Part shown: one piece after another, positions 21,113 to 33,530 of the stretch
Layout of the letters: each line of letters begins with the position of its first letter
Position numbering within the stretch: the first letter of the stretch is position 1
Assembly (NCBI RefSeq): GCF_964355755.1
Contig: NC_092672.1
Span: 34,478,437-34,542,436 of the forward strand
Length of the DNA stretch: 64,000 bases
Source: Antedon mediterranea
Taxonomy: Eukaryota > Animalia > Echinodermata
Reading direction: 5' to 3'
Translations under genes and position numbers: made by a program
Notes under the pieces: model-generated
Told to the model about the DNA's origin: nothing
The model's input: the letters and a program-made list of their open reading frames with translations, nothing else
Database searches by the model: none

Positions 21113-23468
21113 TTATTTTACTTTTTTTTTACGTATAAACTTTTTAATTGGTAAAGGTTTTAATTGACTAGTTTCTATATTTTCATCAAAAGGTTTTAAA
21201 TCATTTTCACAAATATCTGCATGCAGGTCAGAACCTTGATTAAATAAAGTAGAATCAATGGAACCAGATTCATTTTGTACGTGATCTAGCGCAAACAATA
21301 ATTTATTTCCTCTAAAATTAGTTTTTTTCATCTGCACCTTAGAAGGTAAATTCTCAACACCTTTTTTATCCTGTCCTTTTAAATAGTCATTTGTTTTGTT
21401 ACCACATTTATAATATTCCTTAGTCCCCTTTAGTTTTCTCCTCTTCCTTACTCTGCTATCACCATCAACATCTGTGTTTTCACAATGTTTTTCTGCTCGT
21501 TGTTCATGTTCAATTTTATTATTACTTAAGTTTGTTAGTTTATCTTTTTTTACGAAGTCTAATGATATTAGCCGCATTTTTCTTGCTCCTTGCAAGGCTG
21601 ATTTTTTAACGCAAGTTCTTTTAGAGGTCAGCTGACCGTCTGTAATTAAAAGAAATAATCATTCTCAGTAAAGTATTTATTAAAGATGTATAGTCCCCCA
21701 AAAACATTAGTTGATAACATTTTTTATTGTGAAAACACTGCCGGTGGTCCAGGCATAGATTAGTGTGACCGTCACAAAAAGTTGTATACATCCTGACTGC
21801 ATGGACAACATTACTGTTACAGGGAAAACTCATCCTTGTGATATATTCTTTGATTGCACTTACAAAATTGTTTAGCTTGTGATGTTGGCTCTGGTACCTC
21901 TTCTAGCCAGTTGTGGATCATAGTAGACGCCCATCCACTTGTTTTTATTTCAACAAATTGTCGGTCTTCTTTCATGGTTGTAAGATTGAGGGTGCCACAC
22001 ACAGACTTTAACCCATTATTCTAAAAATAAAGCATCACATAACTTTGTTATCAGGAAAAATGGATTGAGAGAAAAACAATTATCATTTTAAAAAGATATT
22101 TTGACAGAAAGTATGTTTTTATACTCACCGATATAAGATTATCTGACAAATCCAAGAATTTGATGTTCTTAAATGTCAACAAATAACGTATGCATGAATC
22201 TGTAATCTGAAGATTACCTAACAAAAGGAAATTAAAAATGTTCATTTTAAATAAAATTATTTTAATTTTATATTATATTTTATATATTTCACTATCTAAA
22301 GTTCAAATAATAAATATTAATGTTGTATATTCTAAAAGATGTATTTTCATATCATATTGAGAAGTACTAGCAACAGGGACGTAGCCAGCATGAGGCGCTT
22401 GCCTCATCTGAAATTTTCACTACCCACCTCAATGCCCCAGCAGAGATAGTCATATTATTTTATATTAATAATTATATTTAAAGCATCTTTGCCTCGTCTG
22501 TTTTTAACCTTTCTCTACAGAGTTTTTTTTCCTTCATTTCTGTACACTGTATATGGTATTTCACTCACATGATTTATATTGTAAACATAAATAAAGTTTA
22601 TCTTTAACTTTCAACTTTTATTGCCACTAAAAAAATATATATATATTTTGTTAAAAATTACAGCATGGCTATAGGAGGTTAAAAAAATAGACTTCTCATA
22701 ATTGAGTTTAACCCCTTTTACAAATATAAATTACATTACTCATGTCAATACAATAAAAAATAGCATTTTCAAAATACTACCTGCTAATTGAAGAGTTGTC
22801 AATTCGACTGGCCCATCGTGCATCATTCGTGCCGGTGTTGTTAGACTCCTTAATCCAGATTCACCGATTAAATTATGTGACAATCCAAGATGTTTCAATC
22901 TGCAAAATGTATATTAATACGCTGCGGTAATTTAAAACTTCTCCATATTTCATTAGACAAAGTTACACAGATACTCCTACTCATTTTCTTTTTAACTTTA
23001 TTATACATTTTGTATACATTGAATGAGTGTCATATTGGCTTATGAATATTAATGAGTTCAATATTGTCTAATTCGCAACACCCACAAATCAGTTACAAAC
23101 CTTTTAAGCCGTGCTACTATTCTCAAAATGATGTGATCATCATCCAAAGCACAGTTTTCCAGGTCCAGGGATACAAGTCCTTCACAATGCAGCAACACTT
23201 CCAACTTCTCTGCGTACTCATTAACTATATCTTTCTGATTAACCAGACTTAAAGACGTAAGTAAGTCGGTACCGTAGCAAGATACAAACGACTTTAGTGT
23301 TTTATTACAAAATGAAAAGACTGTTTTGGATTTCTGAAGTTCGGTTGCACGTGTGAAGATCTGTTTGCCGATGATGTCTGGTATGCATTCAAAGCTTTCA
23401 ACATCCTTCACATTACGTGCAACAAAATCAATACAAATATCTAACAGTGTTTCAGGTGATGATGACAT
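21113..23468 (-). CDS. LRRC42: Leucine-rich repeat-containing protein 42-like (about 419 aa)
   Basis: Exons 23468-23101, 22899-22781, 22217-22129, 22020-21864, 21639-21113 (1260 nt, in frame). Motifs SPETLLDICIDFVARNV, LDLENCALDDDH, LGLSHNLIGESGLRSLTTPARMM, GNLQITDSCIRYL, KTSGWA and AKQFYG match LRRC42 as I recall it. Confidence 0.85.
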
Positions 23469-23644
23469 TGTCTTCTTTTTTTAGTACAATGCAAACCTGA
23501 AACCACTCTACAAAAAAAAAGTGATACTTAATATTAATAATAATAAAGTATTAACTTATTTACAGCATTTGCCATTAATTAGGCCTAGGCCTATTCAAAT
23601 CCATTGTTTAATTACTAAATTAGCTAGGCCATTATTTACCTAAA

Positions 23645-23703
23645 CTAGGCTTGAAATATTATTTACAGTATAAGTTATACTGTAAATAATATTTCAAGCC
23701 TAG
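23645..23703. repeat. Perfect palindrome (29-bp arms, 1-nt spacer)
   Basis: CTAGGCTTGAAATATTATTTACAGTATAA-G-TTATACTGTAAATAATATTTCAAGCCTAG. Confidence 0.9.
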
Positions 23704-24481
23704 GTCTACCAGTAGGCTAGTAGGCCTAGCCTAGTCCTCGATCTAGCCTAGAAGTAGTACAGTAGTAGGCCTACTAGCCTAGGCCTAAACAAGGAACACG
23801 ACGGTACGTGTGTGATTGTAGCCTAGCTTAGTCTAGTAGTAGTAAAGTAGCTAGTTTAGCTATCAACGGCCTACTTATATTAATGTTTTAGGCCTAAGTC
23901 CTAGGCTTATTTTAAGTATTTCTATTAAATTTGCCGCCTCATTTTCTCTCTGCTGCTGCTCTGGTCTGTGTGTGTTGTGTTGAGATTCGATCGATCGATC
24001 AAAATCGATCATTATCGCTAAACCGTTGGGGGCGACAGACATAAATAAGTGATAAACACGGTACCTGTACTTGGTACTTGCTAGTATAGGGTTATACGTT
24101 TTTATTTTACACTACAATATTTTTAGAGTTACAGTATGTTCACACTGTTTGGTTAATTTTATCATAATTGCGTTTAATGATTAATGTATTCCACAATGAA
24201 TGAAGTTAACAACATAGGTTTTTTATAACATTCTCACGACACCGATTAATATATTGTTTACATAATGTTTAATCATGGAGGAATTAAAAAATTCTTCCAT
24301 TCCTGCTCTTTCTATATTAGTTTCCATTCACTATTGTTCATGAGAAACAATGCTCTTCTATAGCTAGTTTCAATCCCTCCCACTGTGTGAGGAACTTGCT
24401 ATTGTTTCTGGCTTTTACACCAGTCCCACCCTTTTCCACTTAGATTCCAAGTTTCCTGGACTTTCTGCATTTCTATTCTCA

Positions 24482-24521
24482 CTCCTGAGGACGATCAAAG
24501 CATATTGATCGAAACGTCAAG
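24482..24521 (+). ncRNA. Minimal type I hammerhead ribozyme motif (Penelope-like element remnant)
   Basis: CTGAGGA-C-GATCAA(agcata)TTGATC-GAAA-CG-TC, followed by about 100 bp of sequence resembling a Penelope pLTR. Confidence 0.68.
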
Positions 24522-25650
24522 AAACTCAACAGTTCTTTTCAGAACTAAGATACGTGGTGTACCGCAAACTTTATATTAATATTTGATTTCGCCATGCAAA
24601 CTTCAAACAATAAAATGTAACCTGTACGTATTTATTGCCCACTCTGCCTGTTGACTAAATCCGGTCTGCATTTTATATTATGCCATAAAGACATAATTGT
24701 ATTTATCTTACGGCCAGATACTTTTGACAGAATTATAGATCTATGGCTAACATTTCCGTCGTGCTAAAAAAACGACAGTCATAGAGGGAAATGACAGTGC
24801 AGTATATCCATTGTATTTTATTCATGATGTATGCCGAAATATCTCGTCAATCCTTTCAATAATAAAAATACTACCATTTTATGACCATGCATTGGTGGGA
24901 GGCACAGTACTACCTTTTTGTAATATGGGGCCTGTACCCGGGTAAATTGTTTCGGTGAATACAGAATAATAATCATCATAATGTGTAAAAGGATTATATG
25001 ATAATGGAACTCCGAAAAAAGTGAGACAAGATTCAATAATTCGAACTTTATTTATACCTGTAGAAGGAAGTTCAATATAAAACCGTAGTAGTTTGTTTAC
25101 TTTACAATGCATTATCGATCTAATCTTACCAACATTACCAATTTCAAAGATAAAGGGTGCATTATTATAATAATAATAATAATAACTACAGTGCGCGATC
25201 GGCCGGATAATTTAAAGTTAAAAATGCAGACTTTGAATAGGTTATTTTGTAGTTGTAATAAAGTTCTGTAGACGATAAACGATAGAAAAATGTTTTCACT
25301 TATAAAATGACAAAATAAATGGTTAAATTCAACCAAAAATCCATTGGCTGGCACCCACCACCCAATTTGACTATTTTTTGCTTTAAATTCTAGTTTCTTT
25401 CAGGTAAATACATTTGATTTCGATCGATTTTTGGTCAAAGTGGATAACTATATTATGTGGCATTAAAATAGCATATTCAACAAAAAGAAAAAAAAAGTAC
25501 ACATTTAAGTGGACAAGGGAGGAGCACGTAAACGTTAACTTTAACGGATGACGTCAACATTCTACTAATTTGCATAACAGTAAAGTTTGGCCAACAGTTG
25601 CGCTAACGTACTGTTTGATTGTGCAATGTGTATAGAACGCAATGTATGTA

Positions 25651-26140
25651 TGTAAAGGTTTTAATTGACTAGTTTCTATATTTTCATCAAAAGGTTTTAA
25701 ATCATTTTCACAAATATCTGCATGCAGGTCAGAACCTTGATTAAATAAGGTAGAAGCAATGGAACCAGATTCATTTTGTACGTGATTAAGCGCAAACAAT
25801 AATTTATTTCCTCTAAAATTAGTTTTTTTTCATCTGCACTTTAGAAGGTGTCACCATGGAGCTCTAATTTATAGCTCCATTGTGTCACATATCTATCTCT
25901 ATATCTAATATGTGTGTATGACGTCACAGTGGGGAGTTCCCAGAATGCTTTTGAATAAAAAGTTACTCTCTCTCTCATTGATCTCAGTGGTTTGTCAATT
26001 TATTTCTTGCAACTAATAATTGCAATACAGTATATACGTTTAACAACGTCACAAGGTAAATTCTTTTTTATCCTGTAGTTTTAAATAGTCCTTTGTTTTG
26101 TTAGCACATTTATAATATTTTTTAGTCTCCTTTAGTTTTC
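25651..26140 (-). pseudogene. Partial duplicate of the LRRC42 last exon, interrupted by an insertion of about 200 bp
   Basis: 25651-25848 and 26053-26140 closely match about 21151-21439. The insertion at 25849-26052 is flanked by a duplicated AAGG. Confidence 0.85.
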
Positions 26141-26685
26141 GTCCAATCTGTACTTTTTTTTGTTCAATTTTGTATCCGCTTTCCACCAAAGCTAGTTTAT
26201 TTAACGTTGGTAAGTTTCAACCTTTATTTTCACCTTCATGAAAAACGAAAATTTGATTTCAAAAATATTTTGGGAAGGAGATGAATTTTTTCAATTTTAG
26301 TTTATTTAAATTAATAAATACATTAAAAACCGGTAAATTATTGCATTGTTAAGACGTCATTGACACAAACGAAGCAATGTTTGGCGTCCGCGTACAAATG
26401 CTGATATGACGAATACTATCAAGCGTGTATCAACCATTATTTAAAAAAAAAAATACACAGTGAGCAAAAAAAAACACCACCACAGATTTCTTATCTATAT
26501 AATATTTATTATATAACAACCTGATTATAATACATTTTTTTCATAATTATAATTATTTTTGAATATATCATTTTATAAAATATGATTGCATATCTGTAAA
26601 CATTATATGGGTTTACGAATACCCGCTTTATGAACATAAAGACTACATAAACAAATAAATATATATACTGTATCATTTTAATTAA

Positions 26686-27029
26686 AGATGTATTGTCTCC
26701 CAAAAACATGAAAAATGAAGATTAGTTAAATCAGACTTTGAATAGGTTATTTTGTAGTTTTAATATAGTTAATCACTTTCGTAGAAAAAATACCCACAAA
26801 ATAAATAATGTTTTCACTTATAAAATAACATAATAAATGGTCAAATTCAACTGAAAATCCATTGGCTGGCAGCCAATTTTTACCATTTTATGCTTTAAAT
26901 TACAGTTTTTCAGCTAAATAATTTTGTTTAGATCCAATTTTTGGTCAAAGTGGATAACTATTAAAAATGGCATACAGTATGCAACAACAAAAAATTGTAA
27001 AAATTATTTTTCAGGGGGAAAATACATCT
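26686..27029. mobile_element. Kolobok-like MITE (AGATGTATTGTCCCC family)
   Basis: TTAA flanks and TIR as in the 17226-17589 copy, with a similar internal sequence. Confidence 0.75.
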
Positions 27030-27322
27030 TTAAACACTAGGCTAGGTGTATTTAAATGGGATATTTCTACTTCACTAGATGCAGTATTGAATTCTCGTTG
27101 GGGCAGCTCAACACTACATTTATATTGATTACTGACAGTTATCCCAATGATGAGAGTGAGTATTGTATTTAAAAAGAGATAGTTATTCTATAACCTGAGA
27201 AAGATAAAGAGATCCTTTATTGCAAATAAAGATAGCTATCCTCCCACACACGTTGACAAAAATATAAAAAAGGTAAATCTCGCAATATTGCAACAAAATT
27301 GAATGGTGTGACTTTGAAAGAT

Positions 27323-28615
27323 CTATTGTATGAAAGATAAGAACTCATCGTTGTACGAAGATTGTTTTCTTTTTGGTTTTGGAATATGACATAAACGTTC
27401 CCTCGATGTTGTCCAGTTATTGTCATGGACACCAACCAAACATCCCGCAGCGTCTTCCTGACTTTGTCTACAACAAATCCAGTAATGTCTGCCGTAATGG
27501 CCATCTTTATAGTAACCTTTGGGATGCCACCGGCACAGCGAAACATCACCACTCGGATCTTTTATCTTCCCACAATGCATGCACGGGTCATCTCTGTAGC
27601 TGTTGCTTTCGGACCATTTTGAGTCGACACCGCCGATGTCGTAGAATTCAATTAACCATTTGAAATCCTGACAGACGCATTTGAGTACTGCTAGATCACG
27701 AGTTGGCAGAAGGTGAAAAATTTGATACACGATGTCGAGATCCAGAATGTCAAAATAACAAAAATCACTCATATAATCAACTTGTTTGATAAGATCACTC
27801 TCAGAGTCGGAATCCTCATCAAGGGGATTACACAGGATTAAGTGGGATTGTAGGATTAGGTTTTGCAGATAACCAAAATCTGCCGATATTGGCTTTCGCG
27901 GATATCTCCTTACTGGGTTTGATTGTCTAGTTGTGCACATTTTTGATCGAACCAGATCATTCATTTCTGAAGATGTTATCGGTTGAGACGCCGTATTAAC
28001 ATCAAATGTCAACTGGGAAACAAACTTCTTCCTATAAATAGATGTGTATGTTCTTCTTGTAAGTTTCTCATAATGTTGATGTTCATCTTTCTGATATGTG
28101 GACACATTATCTTCTCTAAATATAGACAATTTTTGTTGAGCATCATCTTCGATCATGTGTGTTCTCGCGTTATTAATTCTTTCAGAATTTAAAATATAAG
28201 TATGATATGACGAAACAAAAGTTGGCTTTCCATTTCGCTGTAATTCGTGGGATTGTTGCTCCGATGATGAATAAATTTTAGGATTAGACAATGCAACCGA
28301 TCCAATATTAAGATACAACTGTGAGCAATATTGAATATTTGTTGATTTATCATCAATTTCAAACAAATTTATTTTAAGAGCTGGTATTATAGAATGATAA
28401 TATGTGCTTTCATATGGTTTTAGTTTTATCTTTTCTGGTGTACTTTCACTTTTTGGTTTCTTTCTTGAAGTTAAGTTAACTTTTAAAACAAGTCGCCGAT
28501 CAAGTGCAATAACAGAAGTCTCACATGATTGAATGTTGAGACTATTTTTAACTGGGTCAGCGTAAACTTTTATCAATAGGGCCTGATTTCCAAAATTTAA
28601 ATCTGATGTTTCCAT
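27323..28615 (-). CDS. F-box protein of the FBXO46/FBXO34 family (single coding exon, 430 aa)
   Basis: F-box (IVYQIFHLLPTRDLAVLKCVCQDFKWLIE) followed by the family-specific Cys-rich tail DSKW...YRDDPC..C....GDVSLCRWHPK.Y....YGR.YW.CC.......GC..G.HDNNW. An acceptor at 28678-28679 implies an upstream non-coding exon. Confidence 0.9.
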   Translation of the reverse strand: METSDLNFGNQALLIKVYADPVKNSLNIQSCETSVIALDRRLVLKVNLTSRKKPKSESTPEKIKLKPYESTYYHSIIPALKINLFEIDDKSTNIQYCSQLYLNIGSVALSNPKIYSSSEQQSHELQRNGKPTFVSSYHTYILNSERINNARTHMIEDDAQQKLSIFREDNVSTYQKDEHQHYEKLTRRTYTSIYRKKFVSQLTFDVNTASQPITSSEMNDLVRSKMCTTRQSNPVRRYPRKPISADFGYLQNLILQSHLILCNPLDEDSDSESDLIKQVDYMSDFCYFDILDLDIVYQIFHLLPTRDLAVLKCVCQDFKWLIEFYDIGGVDSKWSESNSYRDDPCMHCGKIKDPSGDVSLCRWHPKGYYKDGHYGRHYWICCRQSQEDAAGCLVGVHDNNWTTSRERLCHIPKPKRKQSSYNDEFLSFIQ

Positions 28616-29116
28616 TTCTATATGGCAGTGGAGATCACCTGATTCATACAGTATATGCCTACTGGTGGTACTTCTATCTGCAAAAAAAACTATATTTAGA
28701 TAAAAAGAAATGAATATAATATTAATATATATTATATACAGCAGCCAGTGTTTGTCTTTAGACTGGTATTACTTACTGGGTCATTTTTCGTCACAGTCCT
28801 ACTCTAAAATAAGTTTAACATATACTAATCTTAGTCTTACAGGCCAACGATATCCCTACATAGAGGAGAACGAACGGCATGCAATGAAGACGACCACCAC
28901 CACGTACAAACACATGACAGCCTCTCTCTAATTGAGTCCTCCTCCTGCTGTTGTTGGACTAGTTATTCTATATTAGTTAGAGCCTAGCTAGTACTAGAAC
29001 TAGGCCTAGCTAGGCCTAACTAGCTACTACTAGAGTGTGTGGCCGCCGCAAACCGACAATTTAATCTGGCTGAAATTTCATTCTTAATACTCTCATATTA
29101 GGTTAAAATTACTTAC

Positions 29117-29810
29117 ATACTGTATTTATTATAACTTTCCCTTAGAAACCTCTATAAATTCAACATCTTTTGTAATCATTTTTGGACATTTGTCATTGAT
29201 GATATCAATTTGTGATTCCCGGCCACTTGTTGTTGTTTTGCACTTCCGGGTCATACTGTTGAATATACGTTATTCGATCAAGGGCGCCTCGCACGTCGAG
29301 TAGGGAAACGTTATTCTCATCGACATAGAGGAAATAATACATGACTCTAAAATACGAATTATGCGTAGGCCTATGGTATATTTATAAAAATGTTGGGGTA
29401 TTAATAAAAGATCAAATAATAAACAATCAATCAATCAATATTTATTATAATAAATATTAATTATATGAAAAAAACCCAATTATTGTTTATTAAATGAAAT
29501 TTAATTAACACAATTTATTTTGTTAAAATAAAAATAAATATAGGATCCATAAATATAATTTAATTATAATACTGTATATCGAAATGTTTAAGAAAAATAT
29601 ATTTTAGGAAATTCCAACTTTCGCAATTACTGTACTAATAGCTTCTGTAATATTCCCGCAAGTCATCTTTTTTCTTGGGGGCGCACGACACGACGGCGAG
29701 ATCTCGCGATATCGACCACCACCACACGCACCACCACCGACGACGACCCGATCTAACAAAAAAGGCCAGGCGAGGCAGGGCGATTGTTCTTGTAGAATAA
29801 GATGGCGGCT
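29117..29810. promoter_or_regulatory. Bidirectional CpG-rich promoter between the F-box gene and UBE2L3
   Basis: Divergent genes. ETS-like CACTTCCGGG at 29241-29250, TCTCGCGA palindrome near 29702, YY1-like AAGATGGCGGC at 29799-29809 overlapping the UBE2L3 ATG. A minus-strand donor GTAAGT at 29111-29116 fits the non-coding first exon of the F-box gene. Confidence 0.65.
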
Positions 29811-32800
29811 TCACGAAGATTAGCCAAGGTTTGAAATTCATTTCCGACATTATGTAAACAAAAATAGAAGTCAATATTTTCTGATATTATACACTAAGTT
29901 ATTTGCCTTTTATTAGTATTGATTTATAGTATTGTACTGATTATTAACGTCTGTCAGTTTCTGAAATTCTTTTACCATTTTGGATTTCCCCGCTCGCCTA
30001 GGCTTCTTACTCTACTACTACTAGCCTAGCTAGCTAGGCCTACCCTTCTGCTAGCCGTCAGGCAAGGCTAGATTAGTAAGGGCTAGTAGTAGTAGTAGTA
30101 GTAGGGTAGGCCACATACACACATGCAGGCCTAACTAGGAAATGTTTAGGTAGGCACTACGGTGAAAATATTCCCATTTTGTTTATTTTTTTGGATTAGG
30201 CCTAATTTAGATGAGGCTTCAAATTTCCAAGCAATACCAATTTTTATGAAATTTCATTTGTCAAAAGAAAGAAATTCACGCAATTTTAAGAGTCGCGCTT
30301 TCAAATAAAATTTGTGAAATATGTTACTGTTAAGTGTTAGTGACTTGCAACAAGATGTCAATAAATCTGTAGATCATGTGATGTTAAATGAGCCAAATAC
30401 CTAGATACTGATAATAAAGGAGCATAGGCCTAGTAGTAGTAGTATATCAACAACAGCTTCCCTGATACATTTTTTATTTCACAGGAATTAAAAGAACTCA
30501 TGGACGCAATAAAGAAAAAAAAAGAAGGTTGTGGTCTAGGCCTAGTTGGGCTGACAGAAGTTGAAGCAGATCATTCAAATATTTTATTGTGGAAAGCAAA
30601 AATTGATCCTGTGAGTAATACTAGTATACCATTACTTGAAACGATCTGTACTTGCCTTAAATCTTAAACTCCTTGCCACCATGCCTAAGCGCTAAGCTTT
30701 TCAGTAACCCATAATTGTCATGTATACATTTAAAGCCCCATTCCCTACGTTTTTTAGATCTAATTTAAGATCACAAACTATATTTAATGTAAAAATAATA
30801 CTATATGGTCCTATTGCGATAACTTTTTTCGTCTTTAAACGGTTAAAAATGTGAAAAATAAGCCGATTCTAATAATTATAGCGGCCCGCTATAAATCCCA
30901 AAATGCATTGCGCGCGGATTGATATTTTTGTTTTTCACCTGTAATTCGCCCACTTTTCGATCGATCATGAGGCCAAAACAAATGGAAGACTTTTCAGCGA
31001 AAATACCGGGTTTTCCCCAATTTGTATCAACGGAGTCTGGCAAAAATAGAAAGACAATTAATACAGCAACTATACAACGTCAGGCTAGGTATATAGCTCG
31101 CGTACGATGTTCGTACGTTACCGATGTTTACCAGCTAGGCCTACAAAACTAAGCCTAGCTAGGCTAGGCCTAAGACCGTCCACGAGAGGTCGATCGCCGC
31201 GAGCTACTTAGGTAGTGCATTGTTTCTCACTTTTTATCATAATTTACCATAAAACGTACATATAAGACAAGGAATGACATGGTTTAATGTTTTTAAAGTG
31301 ATATATATGTATTATTTTCCAAAAAACGTCCAAAATTGCAGGGAAGGGGTCTTTAAACCCTTGCCAGCATATCCCTTACTTTTCAGTTTAAAAAATAAGA
31401 TAACCCTAGCCTGCATGCATTTGAACTATGCCTAAAAGCAATCATGATTTGTCATTAATTTCTTTCAGGAAGGTGTACCTTACAAAGACAAAGGAACATT
31501 TGTAGTAACAATTTCATTCCCGGCGGAGTATCCATTTAAGCCTCCAAAGATGAAGTTTGAGACTCCAATCTATCATCCTAATATCGATGAAAAGGGTCAA
31601 CTCTGTCTACCAATTATTAGTCCTGAAAATTGGAAACCAGCTACACGGACAATGCAAAGTAAGTAACCTTTGTTCACTACTTAGCCATCTTCCTAACCCT
31701 AAAGCTTTGTCTACACTATCAAACTAGTTTGACAAAAAAAAAAGTGTGATGTGCCAAAATATGGTAGTGATATGACATCATCATGCCTAGTCCATCACGT
31801 AAGGAAAAGGCAAGTGTTCCAGGCCCCCTCTATCCATAGTTTTCGTAGTAAAACGTAGTGCCCATTGTACAGATTTTCATTTAAAATGATCGTACTGGCG
31901 TTCCTACAATTTAAGGATAGAAAAAAAGACCTCTCTTTAATTTTCCCAGACATTGACAAAACTACATACGCGTGAATACAAATTAAATTTTTCAATGATG
32001 AAAGAGGCACTGATGAACTAGCTAGCTTCTAATGTTCTAATATAGTAATGGAACGTTGATCCTACTATCATCGTACAAAGGATGCTGACAGAGAACTGTA
32101 CATTCACAGTGCTTAACCCTTTAGCACCTGAAGAAATAATGTAATGTTCAAGTGTATTACTTCCTGTACAGTTATTTAAATATATAGGAAATCAGAGACT
32201 ATTATAAACAAAATACAATATTTTTTTTCTGGTTCATAAGTTTGCATTACAAGGTGTATTTATTTGAAGGAATACTAAATTACCTTTCCGGTAACGTAAA
32301 TTTTGTCAACATTTGACATTATAATCATGACCATTTGACGGTATTAGGCCTAGGCTAGACAAACTAGCCTATCTCATTCGTAGCCTGGTTGGCAGGCTGC
32401 ATGTTTTCGCCCAATTGAAGGCTGGCCTAGAGGAAGACCTACAGTAGGCTTGAAATAATAAATTATGACCTAAAATTTACTAATTTCAATAGCAAAATAT
32501 ACTACTTATTTGTGAAACATCGATATCACTATTGGCAGATAAATCTAAATCGATATTTTGACTAAAAAATCCACCTTCTTTCTCTAAGAAATCGAAATCT
32601 TGCTGCACGTTCATGCTGTTCCGGCGAGTTATTTTTTCCAAACGAAAACAATAGATCCAACCTTTGAACGGAAATTACGTTGCTTAGTCAAATAGAAGGC
32701 ACAAAAGATGATGTCATTCTAAAAGGGGATTTTCCAAGCTTTATGTCACTGTTTTTCGTTTGGTGCTAGGCTTCACAGAACAAGAGCTGTTTAAAAGCCA

Positions 32801-33530
32801 GGACGGTTGCGGGCGGTTTAGGTACTAATACGCAGGGCGGTTTCGGGCTAAAGGGTTAAGCTATTTGGTGAACACTGCCAAAAAAACACAGCTTACAGGA
32901 GGAAGGCATGCATGTGTTTTTTTCCTACATGAGGATATTGGTGGTGTTGTTGTGTGGGGTCGGTATTGATAAAATCATGGTTAAGACAGTGGAACCGTAA
33001 TTACGTAACCATAACATCGGCAAGGGTTCGAGACTCACTCACTCCATGGTTCTGGTGGTAGAATGAGTATTTTCGGATAAGGACTATAAACCGTAGCTCC
33101 AGTATACACATCTAGCTCATGTGCACTTTAAACAACCTAGTACATCTTTCGAGACGAGTAGGTGTTATCCCGGTGTACTAGTACACACAAACAGCCACTG
33201 TCAGTCACAGCCACTGTCAGTCACAGCCACTGATCATAACTGGGCCCTCTGGGAGGACAGTCTTTGACTGTAGAGGCTACCCAGTATAATAAATAATAAT
33301 GATTATAATAACTACTGTACCCAACCGACAAGTTGGTAGGGTAGATTTCTAATTTTCATTTTCTCTTCTCTGCAGTTCTAGAAAGCCTTATCTCTTTAGT
33401 ACTAAACCCGGAACCAGAACACCCACTACGTGCAGATGTAGCTGAAGAATACAAGAACAACCGTGACAAATATATGAAGAAAGCTCAAGATTTAGTTAAA
33501 AATCAAGACAAAAGAGAAGACAAGTCTTGA
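29802..33530 (+). CDS. UBE2L3: Ubiquitin-conjugating enzyme E2 L3-like (165 aa)
   Basis: Exons 29802-29828, 30485-30610, 31469-31658, 33376-33530 (498 nt). [46 protein letters not shown] (catalytic Cys) and [10 protein letters not shown] are UBE2L3/UbcH7 signatures. Confidence 0.93.
30734..31352. mobile_element. Non-autonomous Kolobok-like element in UBE2L3 intron 2
   Basis: TTAA|AGCCCCATTCCCT ... AGGGAAGGGGTCT|TTAA: imperfect TIR, AG...CT termini, TTAA TSD. Confidence 0.65.
32117..32855. mobile_element. Non-autonomous piggyBac-like element in UBE2L3 intron 3
   Basis: TTAA|CCCTTTAGC ... GCTAAAGGG|TTAA. Confidence 0.8.
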
